Notes: generated by a model not told the origin, from the sequence alone. A DNA stretch of 64,000 bases from Mytilus californianus (GCF_021869535.1 NW_026262604.1:1488001-1552000); one strand, 5' to 3'; shown: positions 51,340 through 64,000, counted from the first letter of the stretch. A program made the numbers and translations.

Positions 51340-51520
51340 TTACTACATCATATATGTCAAGATTTGTTCTGTGGAGGATGTAAAAGTCAGACGATTAGCC
51401 TGCACAATAAGTGACATCTGATAAGAAAGCTATATAACTAGTGGAAGTCAAGGAGAAGGACTTGATTTAAGAGGCAGTGATTTCGATATAATGATTATTT
51501 TAAGTGTGATCAATGGACAT
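51340..51520 (+). pseudogene. Mab21/cGAS-like nucleotidyltransferase (cGLR) fragment
   Basis: ...ICQ...SVEDVKVRRL...YITSGSQGEGLDLRGSDFDIM is the GS...DxD catalytic motif, with two stops just upstream. Weaker remnants (ILSY.LKTMI, FVEKNIF) lie at ~52900-53160. Confidence 0.7.
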
Positions 51521-53394
51521 CTCAAGCACAACCATGGATATACAGACGACGTTTAACATATCCATCAACGGAATCATTTAAAAAATAACCCCATGTGGTG
51601 TCTTATGTGTTCCGATTGGTAATCAAGGATCCTGCAACGATATTCTCCAATTCCCGTAGCAGAAAACTGATTAAAGACATGTCAATCATCTAAAGGCTAC
51701 CTCTTCATGTAATTTAGCTATAGCGATTTTTTTAAACTGTATTTAAACCGGTTTTTTAATTATCCCTCAAGTGTTTTTGAAATGAAATTACTTCGATTGA
51801 GATTTTAAGATATCTAATAAATCAGTCAAAACTAAAATAACCAAAATTTCCTTTGAATTTATAATTGAATTTCGTGACTTTTTAAGTAACTCTTTAAAAT
51901 ATGGATGTAATATCAGACCTTATTACAGGTATTGGACATAGTCATGTTGTTATAGATCATATAAAAAAGACAGATATATTTAGAATCCATATAGATATAT
52001 TAAAATGTCCGAGAACTTCGTGATGTAACTGCTCAGATTCACTTTCAGACGAAGCCTAAACCATTACACAAACTTATAATAAAAATACACGCAACTATAA
52101 AACTTTTATTTTCGAAATAAGAGGCGACATTATTGGAGCTGCAGGGAGTTTAAGGACTGGAGATGCTATTCCTCTACACGCTGTCTGTGGAACTTTTCTG
52201 AAACAACGCGTGGATTCAAGCCATCAGCAATTAAAAGAGCTGAAAACAGAAGCAGATGCATTCTCTTACTCTATGCGGATTTTAAAAATTCACTTTTATA
52301 AGTTTATAATTCACCAACTTGGAATGTTAAACAATATTTTATCTGAATTTAAACAGAGCTCAAAAATAGTGTTATTAAGAGTTTTGTGCAGATAATGCGA
52401 TCTTGAAGATTTAAGTGAGGATTATCTTTTCTTCAATTGATCGAAAGAACTTGTATTTTTCATTTCTTTCCAAGCAAGTTTTAATAAAATAATTATGAAT
52501 TTTTCGGATTAATTTTAGCTAGAATCCATGAAAAGGTTGTAGGTTTCAGTCCTTTGGAGACTCCAAAGAAGTTTTATTTTTAATCCCTTGTTTTTGTTAT
52601 TGGAGGGGTGTTTTGTTTAAACGTTAAAAGCTTAGGAAAAAGGAGGTGACAAGACTGTAATTCACGAGACTTTATTCTATAAATATCGATAAAACCTTAT
52701 AATTTCCTCCATTTTTTCGTTTAAATGGCAAGCAACATAGTTTCTCAACAATCTGTAAACATGGGCGGGGAAACCGAATTCCGTGTTTAATTTGTACAAA
52801 CAGTTCTTAGGGTAAAGGAAGCATGCTCAGTATTTTTTACTTGGATCTGTATGACAAAAAAATTGTGAAAACCCGATTTTATAGAATTTGTTAAAGACTG
52901 GAAGAGTTAGATCTGCTATTATCTATCAGAGATCTGGATTCTTTGACAAAGAGCCTAAGCAGTTGTGTTCCAAGAGCAGTTAACCATTCATACACTAATC
53001 ATAAGCACAGTCACAGCTTTTTGTATAATGATTTTATTTTTAAATAAAATTATTCTTTCCTACCTGTTTAAAAACGATGATTTGCTTTAATAATTTGTAG
53101 AAAAGAACATATTTATCAGGGGTAAAGGTTATGAAATTGTAGATCTAAAGCTTTGTATAAGAACAATATATCATACTAGCCAAAAGACTGGATATGGACA
53201 CTGCAGTGAGACATTAAATACCAAATGGAAATACTCATTACAGTAGAATAAACTATTTATTGCTGATCTACATCTTCAATAAAAAGACTTGTACCATAAC
53301 CAAAAGTTACAAGAAGCCAACTTCAGTAGTTCTCTAACCTCACACGCACATAATAATTCACAAGGTCAACTTTAGTAGTTCGCTTAATGATTAA

Positions 53395-53830
53395 GATTGA
53401 TTGATTGATTGATTGATTGTTGGTTGCTTAACGTTCAGTGGCAAATATTTCATGCATATTCAGGACGAGAACAAGTTAACAATAAATACAATAGGTAGGT
53501 TCTGTAAAAGGGGCGTCCGGGATGAAGGGCGGAGAAATTTAGACTGCCACGGGAAATGAGGGTTTATTGGATAGGGACAGAAATTTAGCCTTGCAACAGG
53601 TCACCTACGGACCCCTCAAAGAGTTGTTACAAGGGTTCTTAACGTGCAAAGAACGTGGCACTCTCTTTACACGAGGCATCGGATTAAACGTCCCCATTCT
53701 GACCGGACGTGGCTGCAAATTTGTACATCCCGCACAGCCAAACGGACGCCGCACTTTAGCGAGGGTTTTACCGCCGGTCGGAGGAAGACCAATGGTGACC
53801 ATATTTCTATTCCCCAGTCACCCTTGGGGG
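53395..53830 (-). mobile_element. SINE with (CAAT)n tail, copy 1
   Basis: ~430 bp, 5' CCCCAAGGGTGACTGGGG and 3' GGACGTTAAGCAACCAA(CAAT)n. High identity to the copies at 54600, 58481 and 59296. Confidence 0.85.
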
Positions 53831-54599
53831 TTAAAGATTAAGAGTATGGCGTATTAAAACAAGACACGTCACGTGTAATTGTTAATTTGACATCGGTGCT
53901 GGAACCCCCAGATCGATCACCATCAACGATCTGATACTGTTTAAGATATGTTGTCAGGCAGGACAACATCAAAAAACAAAACTTGAAAATTATTTAGTTG
54001 GAAACATCAGACAGCGTGAGAGAAAAAGGCAAAGAAGAAATATCAGGAAAAGACATGTGTAATCCATTGCACGGACTATACGATATAAACTGCCATATTC
54101 CTGAATTGGTACAGGACACTGGAAGAAATGGAAAGTTGAACCTGGTTTTATGGCTAGCCAAACCTCCCGCTTAAATGGGAATGTTAAAATGTGGACTGTT
54201 GTAAACCCCATTTTTTACACTTTTACCTATAATGTCTGTTTTGTTCCCACATTGTTGACAATATATTATAGAATTTTAGCGACTGTCATAAAGTGAATTA
54301 TCTAGCTGTAAAATCAAGTTTAAATTCACCAATTTCTACAATAGGAAATGACTGTACAAAGTCATTAATATGACTTTTCTTTTCCATTCGTTTGATGTGT
54401 ATTAGCTTTTGAGTTTGCCATTTGATAGGTACAGTATTTTTAACTGTAATTTATAATCAAAGTTAAATTAAAGTTTAAGTTTATATAACTATCTATTATA
54501 GTAGGCAAAGAAGACACAATTTATCATAGGTAAATCGGGAGGTATTAACTAATGATTAAACGAAAATGTTCATTAACTAGGCACTAATGACGCCATCAT

Positions 54600-55022
54600 A
54601 TTGATTGATTGATTGTTGGTTGCTTAACGTCCAGTGGCAAATATTTCATGAATATTCAGGACGAGAACAAATTAACAATAAATACAATAGGTAGGTTCTG
54701 TAATAGGGGCGTCCGTGATTAAGGTCGGAGAAATTTAGACCACGGGAAATGAGGGTATATTGGATAGAAACTGAAACGTAGCCTTGCAACAGGTCACCTA
54801 CAGACCCCTCAAAGAGTTGTTGCAAGGGTTCTTAACGTGCAAAGAGCGTGGCACTCTCTTTACGCGAGGCATAGGATTTAACGTCCCCATTCTGACCGGA
54901 CGTGGCTGCAAATTTGTACATCCCGCACAGCCAAACGGACGCCCCACTTTAGCAAGGGTTTTACTGCCGGTCGGAGGAAGACCAATGGTGACCATACTTC
55001 TATTCCCCAGTCACCCTTTGGG
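54600..55022 (-). mobile_element. SINE copy 2
   Basis: Co-linear with copy 1, same 5' boundary. Confidence 0.85.
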
Positions 55023-55834
55023 ATTCTATGTCGGTCGAAAGATTAAATCAATTGCATGAACAATTCCATATATGAAACACTGCGAATATGACTAACTTGG
55101 ATAATGTGCTATATCAACGACCGTGCACACACAGGAAATGCCACTATATACAAAACTCTGCACATTACATACATTCTATAAAGACACAAGCATTATCTAC
55201 AATACAAACATGTGCATTATAGTTGCAACATTGACTCAATCAACCAAATACTGACTTTTTAAAGTTTTAACTGTCAAATTGGCTACATGAAAGTTATAAT
55301 CCTATACTAAAGTACAAATTGACGCATTGAACAAAGATTCTACTGTTGCCATCTCTTCAGATTCCACCACAATAAAGCTCTTAACATGTCAAAGCAAATG
55401 ATAAACAACGGTCATCTTGCAGACTTCAAACTTGGTACAGGCTTCTTATGTAGAAATAGGTAACTTTACCCTGGTTTCATAGCAGCCAAATCCTGACTCT
55501 TGAATGACCGTTGCTTAAAATTCCATTACATTGCAAATTGACACCCAGGTGTGATCACATTAAACAGACATGTTAATAGATAAAAATGTTCAACAGGAGA
55601 ACAGTAGTCGACACCAGTCCTGTAACATCAAATATTGCCGTACAATTTCAATCTTCAAATGTTCAACAAAAACACGAAAGACACTGTACATGTATACAAC
55701 AAATGTAAGAACAATGTCGAAAATTAATGTGATCAATATCAACACACAACAACTACTACATTACAAGCTAAAATTTAGAATAAAAAAAATTGTGTTTTCA
55801 AAATCAAGTTTATTAATTCATTTTTGTTTTCCAG

Positions 55835-56673
55835 GCCACAGTTTATGTGAAGGTTCTGAAATTGAATGAGACAAAACCAGTGCAGACCAGATATGGACCG
55901 AGATTCATCCAGAAAGGCGTAGTAGGTGATAACACTGACGCATGTAACATCACCATCAGGAAAAGCCATATTGGAAGTGTCCAGGGAAACGTTTCTATAG
56001 GATAGAAGATTGCATCTCCAGCTATTACAATGAAGAATTGAGTTTAAACACAACCAACGCAACAAAAAGTAATGAAAGCGGGACGAAAGATACCAGAGGG
56101 ACAGTCAAACTCATAGATCGAAAACAAACTGACAACGCCATGGCCAAAAATATAAAAGACAAACAGACAAATAATAGTACAGATGACACAACATAGAAAA
56201 CTAAAGACTGAGCAACACGAACCCCACCAAAAACTGGGGGTGATCTCAGGTGCTCCGGAAGGGTAAGCAGATCCTGCTGAAAAAGAGCCATTCGGAGAAG
56301 AAATAACAGATTCACCACTACTCATTCATTTGAACTCGCCCAAATTGCAGTATCTAAAGCCAAAAAATGTTCAAACATCAACTGTTTAAAAAACATCAAT
56401 TTTGAAACGCCAGATGTAACAATGAGATGCCTTCATTGCAACATGAAGCAAAAGGTGTCCAACCTGACATCAACTACAGCACTCTAGAAGACAAAAACCA
56501 ACACAACCTTCAGTCTGTACGACACAGAACTGCAAGACTTCCTGAAACATCAGAATAATGCATCTCTATTCGAAGATCCTGATCTTCTGGAAGATTTTAT
56601 GTTGCAAATTAAATCTTTTATCATCCAACATGATAATAAGAACAACATCTTTAAAATCTCAAGACCCTTGTAA
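55835..56673 (+). pseudogene. RPA1-like OB-fold / zinc-ribbon protein pseudo-exon
   Basis: Acceptor TTTTGTTTTCCAG| then ATVYVKVLKLNETKPVQTRYG...KGVVGDNTDACNITI, ...KCSNINC...RCLHCNMKQK...DLLEDFML...RPL*. Frameshifts, a stop and a repeat insertion at ~56075-56278. Confidence 0.6.
56075..56278. repeat. Interspersed repeat (GGGACGAAAGATACCAGAGGG...GTAAGCAGATCCTGCT family)
   Basis: Near-identical copy at 57298-57497; inverted fragments at ~58150-58215 and ~3915-4070. Confidence 0.8.
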
Positions 56674-57869
56674 ACACAAATTCTACCAATGGAAACAATT
56701 TTATCATATTCATATTAATCAGACTAGCTACATAACAAATAGTCTTATATTTAGATGACTTTCCACTAACAGAAATTGTTAAATGAAACACATTTTGACA
56801 GTATGAAATACTTCATTTTCTTTTATGCATCATATCGTATGACAAAAACTGACAATTTCAATATATATATAGTTATCAAAAGAAAAAAAATCTGTTTCAC
56901 TTTCTCATTATTGTCAACAAGACTTCATTACAAGCAGTATTTGCATTTAAAAGTTCCCTGATTTTTCACAAATAAAACCATAAAATGATTTTCTGTGGAC
57001 CGAATTATTAAGAAAATTTATGGACCAAATATATATTGTTGACAGAATTTGGTTGTCTGATGTGAATGTTTTTTTAAAAGAATGCTGTTGAACGAAAAAA
57101 CCCTTTAATTTTTTGTTAGAACCTTTATCATGATTACAAATAAAATACAAATAGTATTTTTTATTTGATTAATCAGACCATAAAATCTTAGAAATTATAG
57201 TTTCATGTTTATATTTTTACAAGGTATACTTAAAATACTATAGTAATAGTATTGGTATTGTTAACGTTGCAACTTGCTTGCATGTAATATTTAAAAGAGG
57301 GACGAAAGATACCAGAGGGACAGTCAAACTCATAGATAGAAAACAAACTGACAACGCCATGGCCAAAAATAAAAAGACAAACAGACAAATAATAGTACAG
57401 ATGACACAACATAGAAAACTAAAGACTAAGCTACACTAACCCCACCAATAACTGGGGGTGATCTTAGGTGCTCCGGAAGGGTAAGCAGATCCTGCTCCAT
57501 ATGTTTAAGTTGGGCCAAATGACAATATGCATGTACATTTCAGTTACCCAACATACAGTTGTTCAAACCCCTTGATCCTAGAACTTGAACACTCTCCTAT
57601 AGCTAACTTGTCAATCCAAACTTGCAAGGTGTATATGAACCACAAATATATTTTTATTGAGCCTTAACATAAAATTACAATTTTTTCCCAGGTTCCAAAG
57701 ACTACCAATCTGATCCCTTAAAATAAAGCATAAATATTTGAACCTGCAATAATGAAATTGCATAAAGTATTAATCTTCCAATTTTCAGTGACATTCATGT
57801 CTAAATCTGACAAAAATGTACAAAAAAATTAAAATAATATTGGTACGAAATATATCACTCTATAATAGA

Positions 57870-58003
57870 CTGATTGATTTATTGCTTGGTGCTTAACGTC
57901 CAGTGCACAGTCCAAACGGACGCCCCGCTTTGGCAAGCGTTTTACTGCCGGTCGGATGAAGACGATGTGACCATACTTCTATTCCCCAGTCACTCTTGAG
58001 GGG
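57870..58003 (-). mobile_element. SINE copy 3 (internally deleted)
   Basis: Keeps the head (58003-57905) and tail; the middle is deleted. Confidence 0.75.
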
Positions 58004-58480
58004 TAGTGCATACTGAGACGTAGTCCTCCAGTAAATGTCTCTGATTAATGGCCAGGCTAAGTTTTATTGGAAGTCGTTTCGTTTGTTCGTTCTCGTCGTC
58101 CTGCATACTGACTTTTACATAAGATATCAAAATAAATATTCAGATATAGCCATGGCGGTGTCAGTTTATTTTCGATCTATTAGTTTGAATGTCCCTCTAG
58201 TATCTTTCGCCCCTCTTTAAGATCAATCATGGTACTAGACACGAGAACACAGCTTTATTTCACGTCTCACGCATGCGTTAACAAGCGATCCAAAGATACA
58301 ACCTCAATTTTATTTATCTCAATGTAGTAAGATGACATTGGTTGCTGGACATTCGAAAAAAATAAAAAAAAAAAACAATCCAAAACAATGTCGATTTAAT
58401 TATAACATTTTAGTTTCACTCCTCAACGAAAATTATGAAAAAAAAGAAGAAATGGCCTGTGTGATGCAAGCTTAAAACCA

Positions 58481-58902
58481 GATTGATTGATTGTTGGTTG
58501 CTTAACGTCCAGTGGCAAATATTTCATGCATATTCAGGACGAGAACAAGTTCACAATAAATACAATAGGTAGGTTCTGTAATAGATTAAGGGATTATGGT
58601 CGGAGAAATTTAGACTGACACGGGAAATGAGGGTATATTGGATAGGGGCAGAAATTTAGCCTTGCAACAGGTCACCTACGGACCCCTCAAAGAGTTGTTG
58701 CAAGGGTTCTTAACGTGCAAAGAGCGTGGCACTCTCTTAACACGAGGCATCGGATTTAACGTCCCCATTCTGACCGGACGTGGCTGCAAATTTGTACATC
58801 CCGCACAGCCAAACGGACGCCCCACTTTAGCACGGGTTTTACTGCCGGTCGGAGGAAGACCAATGATGACCATACTTCTATTCCCCAGTCACCCTTGGGG
58901 GT
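58481..58902 (-). mobile_element. SINE copy 4
   Basis: 14-bp TSD GCTTAAAACCAGAT at 58470-58483 and 58903-58916. Confidence 0.9.
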
Positions 58903-59295
58903 GCTTAAAACCAGATACACTAGGTTGTAAAATAGTTGATTTTCAAATTAATTATAACCTGCGTTTAAGACCCATAGGTGGCCTTCGGTTGTTATCTGCT
59001 CTTTGGTCGGGTTGTTGTCTTCTTGACATATTCCCCATTGAAAATATTGTTGTGTGTGAACTTTTGTCACAAACAAACCATCGGTGACTTACAGAAAAAT
59101 ACGAAGGGAAACTATGTATTGTTAATCAGATGTTACCTCGTCTTGGTAATGCGAACAAAAGTAAATAATTGTTTTTGAAAATATTTGAACAGCCCGTAAC
59201 CAATCTATGAAGCAGATAGGATACATGAACTTATCAGCAATAGGAATTAGAAAATATTAAAAAGTCTTCGCTTCGCCATATATGCATGCTCTAGA

Positions 59296-59759
59296 TTGAT
59301 TGATTGATTGTTGGTTGCTTAACATCAAGTGACAAATATTTCATGCATGTTCAGGACGATTGATTGATTGTTGGTTGCTTAACGTCCAGTGGCAAATATT
59401 TCATGCACATTCAGGACGAGAACAAATTAACGATAAATACAATAGGTAGGGATTAAGGTCGGGGAAATTTTGACTGCCACTAGAAAATTAAGGTATATTG
59501 GATAGGGACAGAAACTTTGCCTTACAACAGGCCACCTACGGACCCCTCAAAGAGTTGTAGCAAAGGTTCTAAACGTGCAGAGAGCGTGGCATTTTCTTGA
59601 CACGAGGCATCGGATTTAACGTCCCCATTCTGGCCCGACGTGGCTGCGTACTTGATACATTCCGCACAGCCAAACGGACGCCCCACTTTGGCAAGGGTTT
59701 TACTTCCGGTCGGAAGAAGACCAATTGACCATATTTCTATTCCCAGTCACCCTTGGGGT
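59296..59759 (-). mobile_element. SINE copy 5 (tail duplicated)
   Basis: 14-bp TSD ATGCTCTAGATTGA at 59286-59299 and 59760-59773. Confidence 0.88.
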
Positions 59760-60504
59760 ATGCTCTAGATTGAACTTGAGCACGAGTTGATATCACATCC
59801 TGATTAAATGTTTGTACCATATTCATACAAAGGTTGGAGACAAGTTAAGATTGATTGGTTCAATGGGAAACTGAAGAATCTAAGGAGGGTAAAACAAATT
59901 TTCTCTGCAGCAAGGCTAGGCTTTCAGATTTATCAGATTAAATTCAGACAGATGTGAAGAAGATTTTGTGTATTGAGCATGTTATTCTTAATGTAACTTT
60001 AAGAATAAGTACACTAAGTGTCAATGAATGTTAAAAATTATGGGAAATACATTTAATCTTTAAGCTTTTATTTTCATGCGACAGCTTTCTTATTGTCTAC
60101 CATAGAATAATTGCGAAACCTTTTCGAAATATTGGGTTAACGTCGATCTTTAACTAAGTACTCTATTTGGCCTTGGCTTTTAAATGTTTGATTCGTGAGT
60201 CTTAGACAAGACAAGCCTCCTGCGTACACAAGTATTCGCCCTTATATCCTCAATGAGTTTATTTCTAAGTTTTAAAATGATTTTATATAAAGTGCATCCT
60301 CATTCAAAGAAATAAATATCTCGTCACTGTATTGGGACATGTTGATCCGTAACTTTCAGACCTGCGACTTTCGGTCCTACGTTCGCTGAGGGTAGAACAT
60401 AAATAGGTAAAACGAGCTCCTGGTTTATTTAGTTGTAACTGCCAGTTGAAACAGATCTGTTCATAAAAAACATTTCAAAACACCGATCGAACACCCGATA
60501 TTCA

Positions 60505-61320
60505 TTCATTTCAAAATAATAGACAATATTTTATTGGCACAAACGCATTTACAATAAATGGTAATGCCCGAATGGATAAACAATTTACATGGTAGTAAAA
60601 TACAAACAACTATATATTTGTGAATAAAAAATTAAAGGTATAATGAAAATCTATTGCAATACATTACTTCTTGCATTTAAACAACTTGTTACGAAAGAGG
60701 AAGATAGTTTAGTGCCGTATAAGATTTATTATTAAGTATAAGATTTATTTTATTTTTACCGCACAATGTGGTTATAATTTTGAACATTTTTAATACAAAA
60801 GTCTCTCTAATACTGGAGTAACCTCTGCAGTGTAGCAGCGTGTGCTGTTTATTTTCAATTTCGCCACTTTTACAGATTTCACAAATTCTTTGATCTCTGG
60901 GCACTTTTAGATATCTTCCTCTTTCAAAGGCAAGGTTATGAGCACTAACTCTTAATTTACACAATGGTGATCGATCTGATCTATTTCTTAAAGCATCAAC
61001 ATAACCTGCCCGTTCACTCATTTTGTAAACACTCTGGAAAAATGTTAATTTTGGGGATGCTGAAATATTTGCATGTTGTTCCTAAAAACTCTGATCAATT
61101 AGTCTTTGTTTTATAAAACCAAAAAGGGGTTTAATAGTAAGGTTAAAGTTTGACAAATATGATAAACCTAAATTTTGAATAATAATATTTAACCTTTTAA
61201 CCCATGGGTTGCATTTTTGTAGCATTTGGTGAACTAAACTTCCTTCTGAAGTGATTAAATGATCCCAGAATTTAATACTAGATAACATTATCCTATTTTT
61301 CTATGGCAGTCAATTCTTCT
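60505..61320 (-). mobile_element. 3' fragment of an L2/Daphne-type LINE
   Basis: SSIKFWDHL...; LCKLRVSAHNLAFERGRY...RICEICKSGEIENKQHTLLHC (CCHC knuckle); AATAAA and a short (TGAA)n tail at ~60505-60525. Confidence 0.8.
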
Positions 61321-61983
61321 TTTTACGATATTACTAAATACATCGAAAATGTGTTGCTCCGTCAGTGTACGTAAAATGACAAAATTTGTCATTTCATTTC
61401 ATTGTACATAGAAAGATATTTCAGTGTACTTATATTGACAAAATTATTTTCATTTCATTGCGTTGTATTGTAGACTAAGAAAGAATCATATCGTACTGTA
61501 AATGAAATACAGAAGTTAGCGCAAATTTTCAATGTACTTAAAATGGAAATTATTTTTCATTTCATTGTACAGAAAGATTGTAAATTATTCAGTTACACTG
61601 GCAGAAGAACTTATAATGACAGAATTATTTTGAATTCGTTGTGTTGTGTTTACAGACAAAGAAAGATTGTAAAATGTAAAGTCATTATGTACTGTAAAAG
61701 AAATGCATAAGTTTAGTGCATAATTTCACTCTTGATTAATAAAACAATTACAGTTAAATCATTTCCGAGGTATATTCGACCAACGTGGAGCAGTAAATGG
61801 CTTTAAACGATACTGTGACGAAGTCTAAAAAGTGTGGTACTGTGTGTACTGGGGTATTATGTTCGTGCGATGGTAATGTTATAATCTCCATTCGATACAG
61901 TATAGGCTTGTCTCTTGACGTTAACCCAACACAGTCGATGAATGCCAAGTACATGCACTTTTTACAAGATAATCCAGTGGTTA

Positions 61984-62576
61984 TGGTAACGTGTAAGTCC
62001 TGGACACCTTGGTCACGTAAAAGTTTATGGATCCCTGTATAGTTAGACAATTTGCTTAAATAAATCACACTGTAAGGTTGATATTTGTATTAGCATCAAA
62101 CATATAACAAAGTTCACAATAATAACAGATAGTAAAAGATATTCCACTCCGTAGACTTTATACTACAACTTAACTTCTCGACTAACTACTCAAATCACCT
62201 GTCTCTGATTCTCCGATCCTTCCTTATGACTCTCTCTCTCTCCTTTTATACCACAACTCCATTCTAGATCTTTCCAATAATCTGATGAAATATGTAAACT
62301 AAACGATAATAAACTCTCTGATGAAATGTTTCTGATGTAACACTTGTATATGAAATATAACACTAGGGCACCAGTAATAGGGCACTAGTGCGAATGACCT
62401 AAATAAACATCTGGCATAAGCCATTAACCTAAATACGTTGTTAGTCACAAAAGGAATGTATTACTTTTAGAATGATCCTGATGAAATCATGAAAATGCTG
62501 ACTATAAGAGTCAAGTAAATGATAATAACATAACTAGATGAATTATAAAACATTGCTGAGGACAAAATTCATCACA
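61984..62576 (-). mobile_element. 3' LTR (~590 bp) of a second Gypsy element
   Basis: PPT-like AGTAGGGGGC(T)G then TGTGATG. Internal TATAAAAG followed by (AG)n. Ends ...CGTTACCA. The partner LTR is outside the window. Confidence 0.6.
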
Positions 62577-63224
62577 CAGCCCCCTACTAAGCATTGAACT
62601 TTCACTGTTCAATAAAAATATAATGCGTAACAAAAATGCGCATATAACAATGTGAAAAGTACTCAAAATATTCAAAAACAGATATATCTGAGTTGCCCGC
62701 ATATGTGCGATAATACTTGGGACGGTTAAACTTTTAACTTTGAAAAATATATATAAAAAAAAATCAACCTTAGAAAAATATAAAAACACAACCTGAACAC
62801 AAATATGACTTGACTAGATTATACATACATCTTGCTTAGTGTACCAAAAAAAAAAAAGAAATTGGACACAGAGCACACAAACACAATTTGGCACTTTTAA
62901 AATAAATGGCACAAGACTGCGATTATCTTTTTCGCATAATAATATTAAAAAAAAACAACATAAAATGACTATACCTATACAATCATGACTGGATATATTT
63001 ATCAAAAGTTAGAGACAATGTCTAGCTCCAGAGGTAGGGCTGTATACTGAAAAATAGGCACCAGCAAAAGGGCTATCAAAAATGACATTTAATACAATAA
63101 TATTTAGATGAGGGTACCAGTATTATGACCTTCACATTAATAAAATAAAAATACTTAAAATCTGTAAATTACATGTACAAAACAAAAATAACTGCATTAA
63201 TGTTATATCGTGTCTACCAGTATT

Positions 63225-63917
63225 CTAGTCTGACTCAATATCCTCATCACTGTCTTCGTCAACCACTCGTACCTTAACTGTGGATGGAACCTTCCTGATT
63301 TCTTCTAGGTGAGCGAACACCTCATCTGCCGAATTGATAACAAAATCCTCCCAGTTGAAATTGTTCATGTCTATATGGCTGCTAGTTGCCATCCTTTGTT
63401 CTCGCACAGTCACAAGTTCTCCTTTGTCATGATCCCAAAAGGTCTTTTTAATAAGATTCAATGAGATTATATCAACTTTCATCTCTTTCTGTCCGGCTGA
63501 CGTACCATTGTTATTTATGTCTTGAATAACTTCATTTACCTCGTGTTTAACCTTCTTTGAACTGCTCGGGCCAGCGGAATTAGCTTCTACTGTTACTTTT
63601 ATTTCCTTTCCCTCAGTTTTGACATTCCTTTCCTGGGCTACCTCGCACTTGACCACCCCTCGAACGGGATCTAGTTTCTCTCTGGGAATTAAATCAAACG
63701 TAGCATTTGAAACAAATCCTTTTGCTTCCGACTCACTGTATTTGTGTGTACAGCAAAGATGTACTTGTAGATACTCGCGTCTATAAAAATATCTGCGACA
63801 ACCAATTTCAGGACACACAGTTGCTCTGACATTTTCCTCATGATGTCAATTAATGTGTCTATTCAAATTACGTTTGTTTGCAAACTGTTTACCACAATCG
63901 GGACACAGAACTGGCAT
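63225..63917 (-). pseudogene. Extra ORF with two C2H2 zinc fingers downstream of a Gypsy integrase tail; one premature stop
   Basis: MPVLCPDCGKQFANKRNLNRHIN*HH...CPEIGCRRYFYRREYLQVHLCCTH, TGA at 63846-63848. Immediately upstream in frame is KRTVKLPPHLADFV, the RxxxxPxxxxD(Y/F)V motif typical of Gypsy integrase C-termini. Confidence 0.7.
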
Positions 63918-64000
63918 TTTCACAACTTCTTTTGTCAATTCAAGAACAAAATCTGCCAAATGTGGTGGAAGTTTTACTGTCCTTTTCCAAAATCTTTGCG

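Noticed and set aside
53567-59087. ORFs of 65-149 aa with similar sequence at 53.6, 54.8 and 58.6 kb
   Set aside because: Chance open frames within SINE copies, broken differently in each copy.
61380-61760. Loose repeats of TTTCATTTCATTG...GAAAGA
   Set aside because: Degenerate and low-complexity, with no defined unit or termini.
1-64000. tRNA, rRNA, CRISPR or prokaryotic operon features
   Set aside because: None recognised; spliceosomal introns and metazoan transposons show this is eukaryotic nuclear DNA.

Overview
AT-rich, repeat-dense animal genomic DNA. Repeat families and introns suggest a bivalve mollusc, Mytilus-like (inference). (1) 1-12.9 kb: five in-phase coding exons of a minus-strand mitochondrial-clan cytochrome P450 that runs off the left edge, with a 5'-truncated CR1/L2-type LINE (12-bp TSD) in the first coding intron. 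(2) 13-22 kb: a Helentron/HINE-type element, a divergent LTR interrupted by a hAT element, and transposase debris. (3) 22.5-35.7 kb: a decayed minus-strand Ty3/Gypsy element with protease-RT-RNaseH-integrase and an F-type envelope-like ORF. It carries a nested CACTA MITE and a SINE-like insertion. Its 1.9-kb 3' LTR is followed by a second PBS, a gag fragment and a 14-copy array of the U5/PBS junction. (4) 36.8-50.5 kb: a ~1.9-kb x ~7.2 tandem array containing two dead host-gene exons. (5) 50.5-64 kb: THAP, cGAS-like and RPA-like pseudogene fragments, SINEs, a LINE tail and the 3' end of a second Gypsy with a C2H2 zinc-finger ORF. Most striking signal: two sequence-divergent LTRs share one architecture, a ~1.1-1.2 kb GT-AG intron bracketed by a ~70-bp direct repeat. 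The repeat begins at an Inr-like site and ends at the splice donor (first copy) or acceptor (second copy). This suggests an LTR whose intron is spliced out of the RNA 5' end and rebuilt during reverse transcription. All calls are from manual reading; no searches were run.
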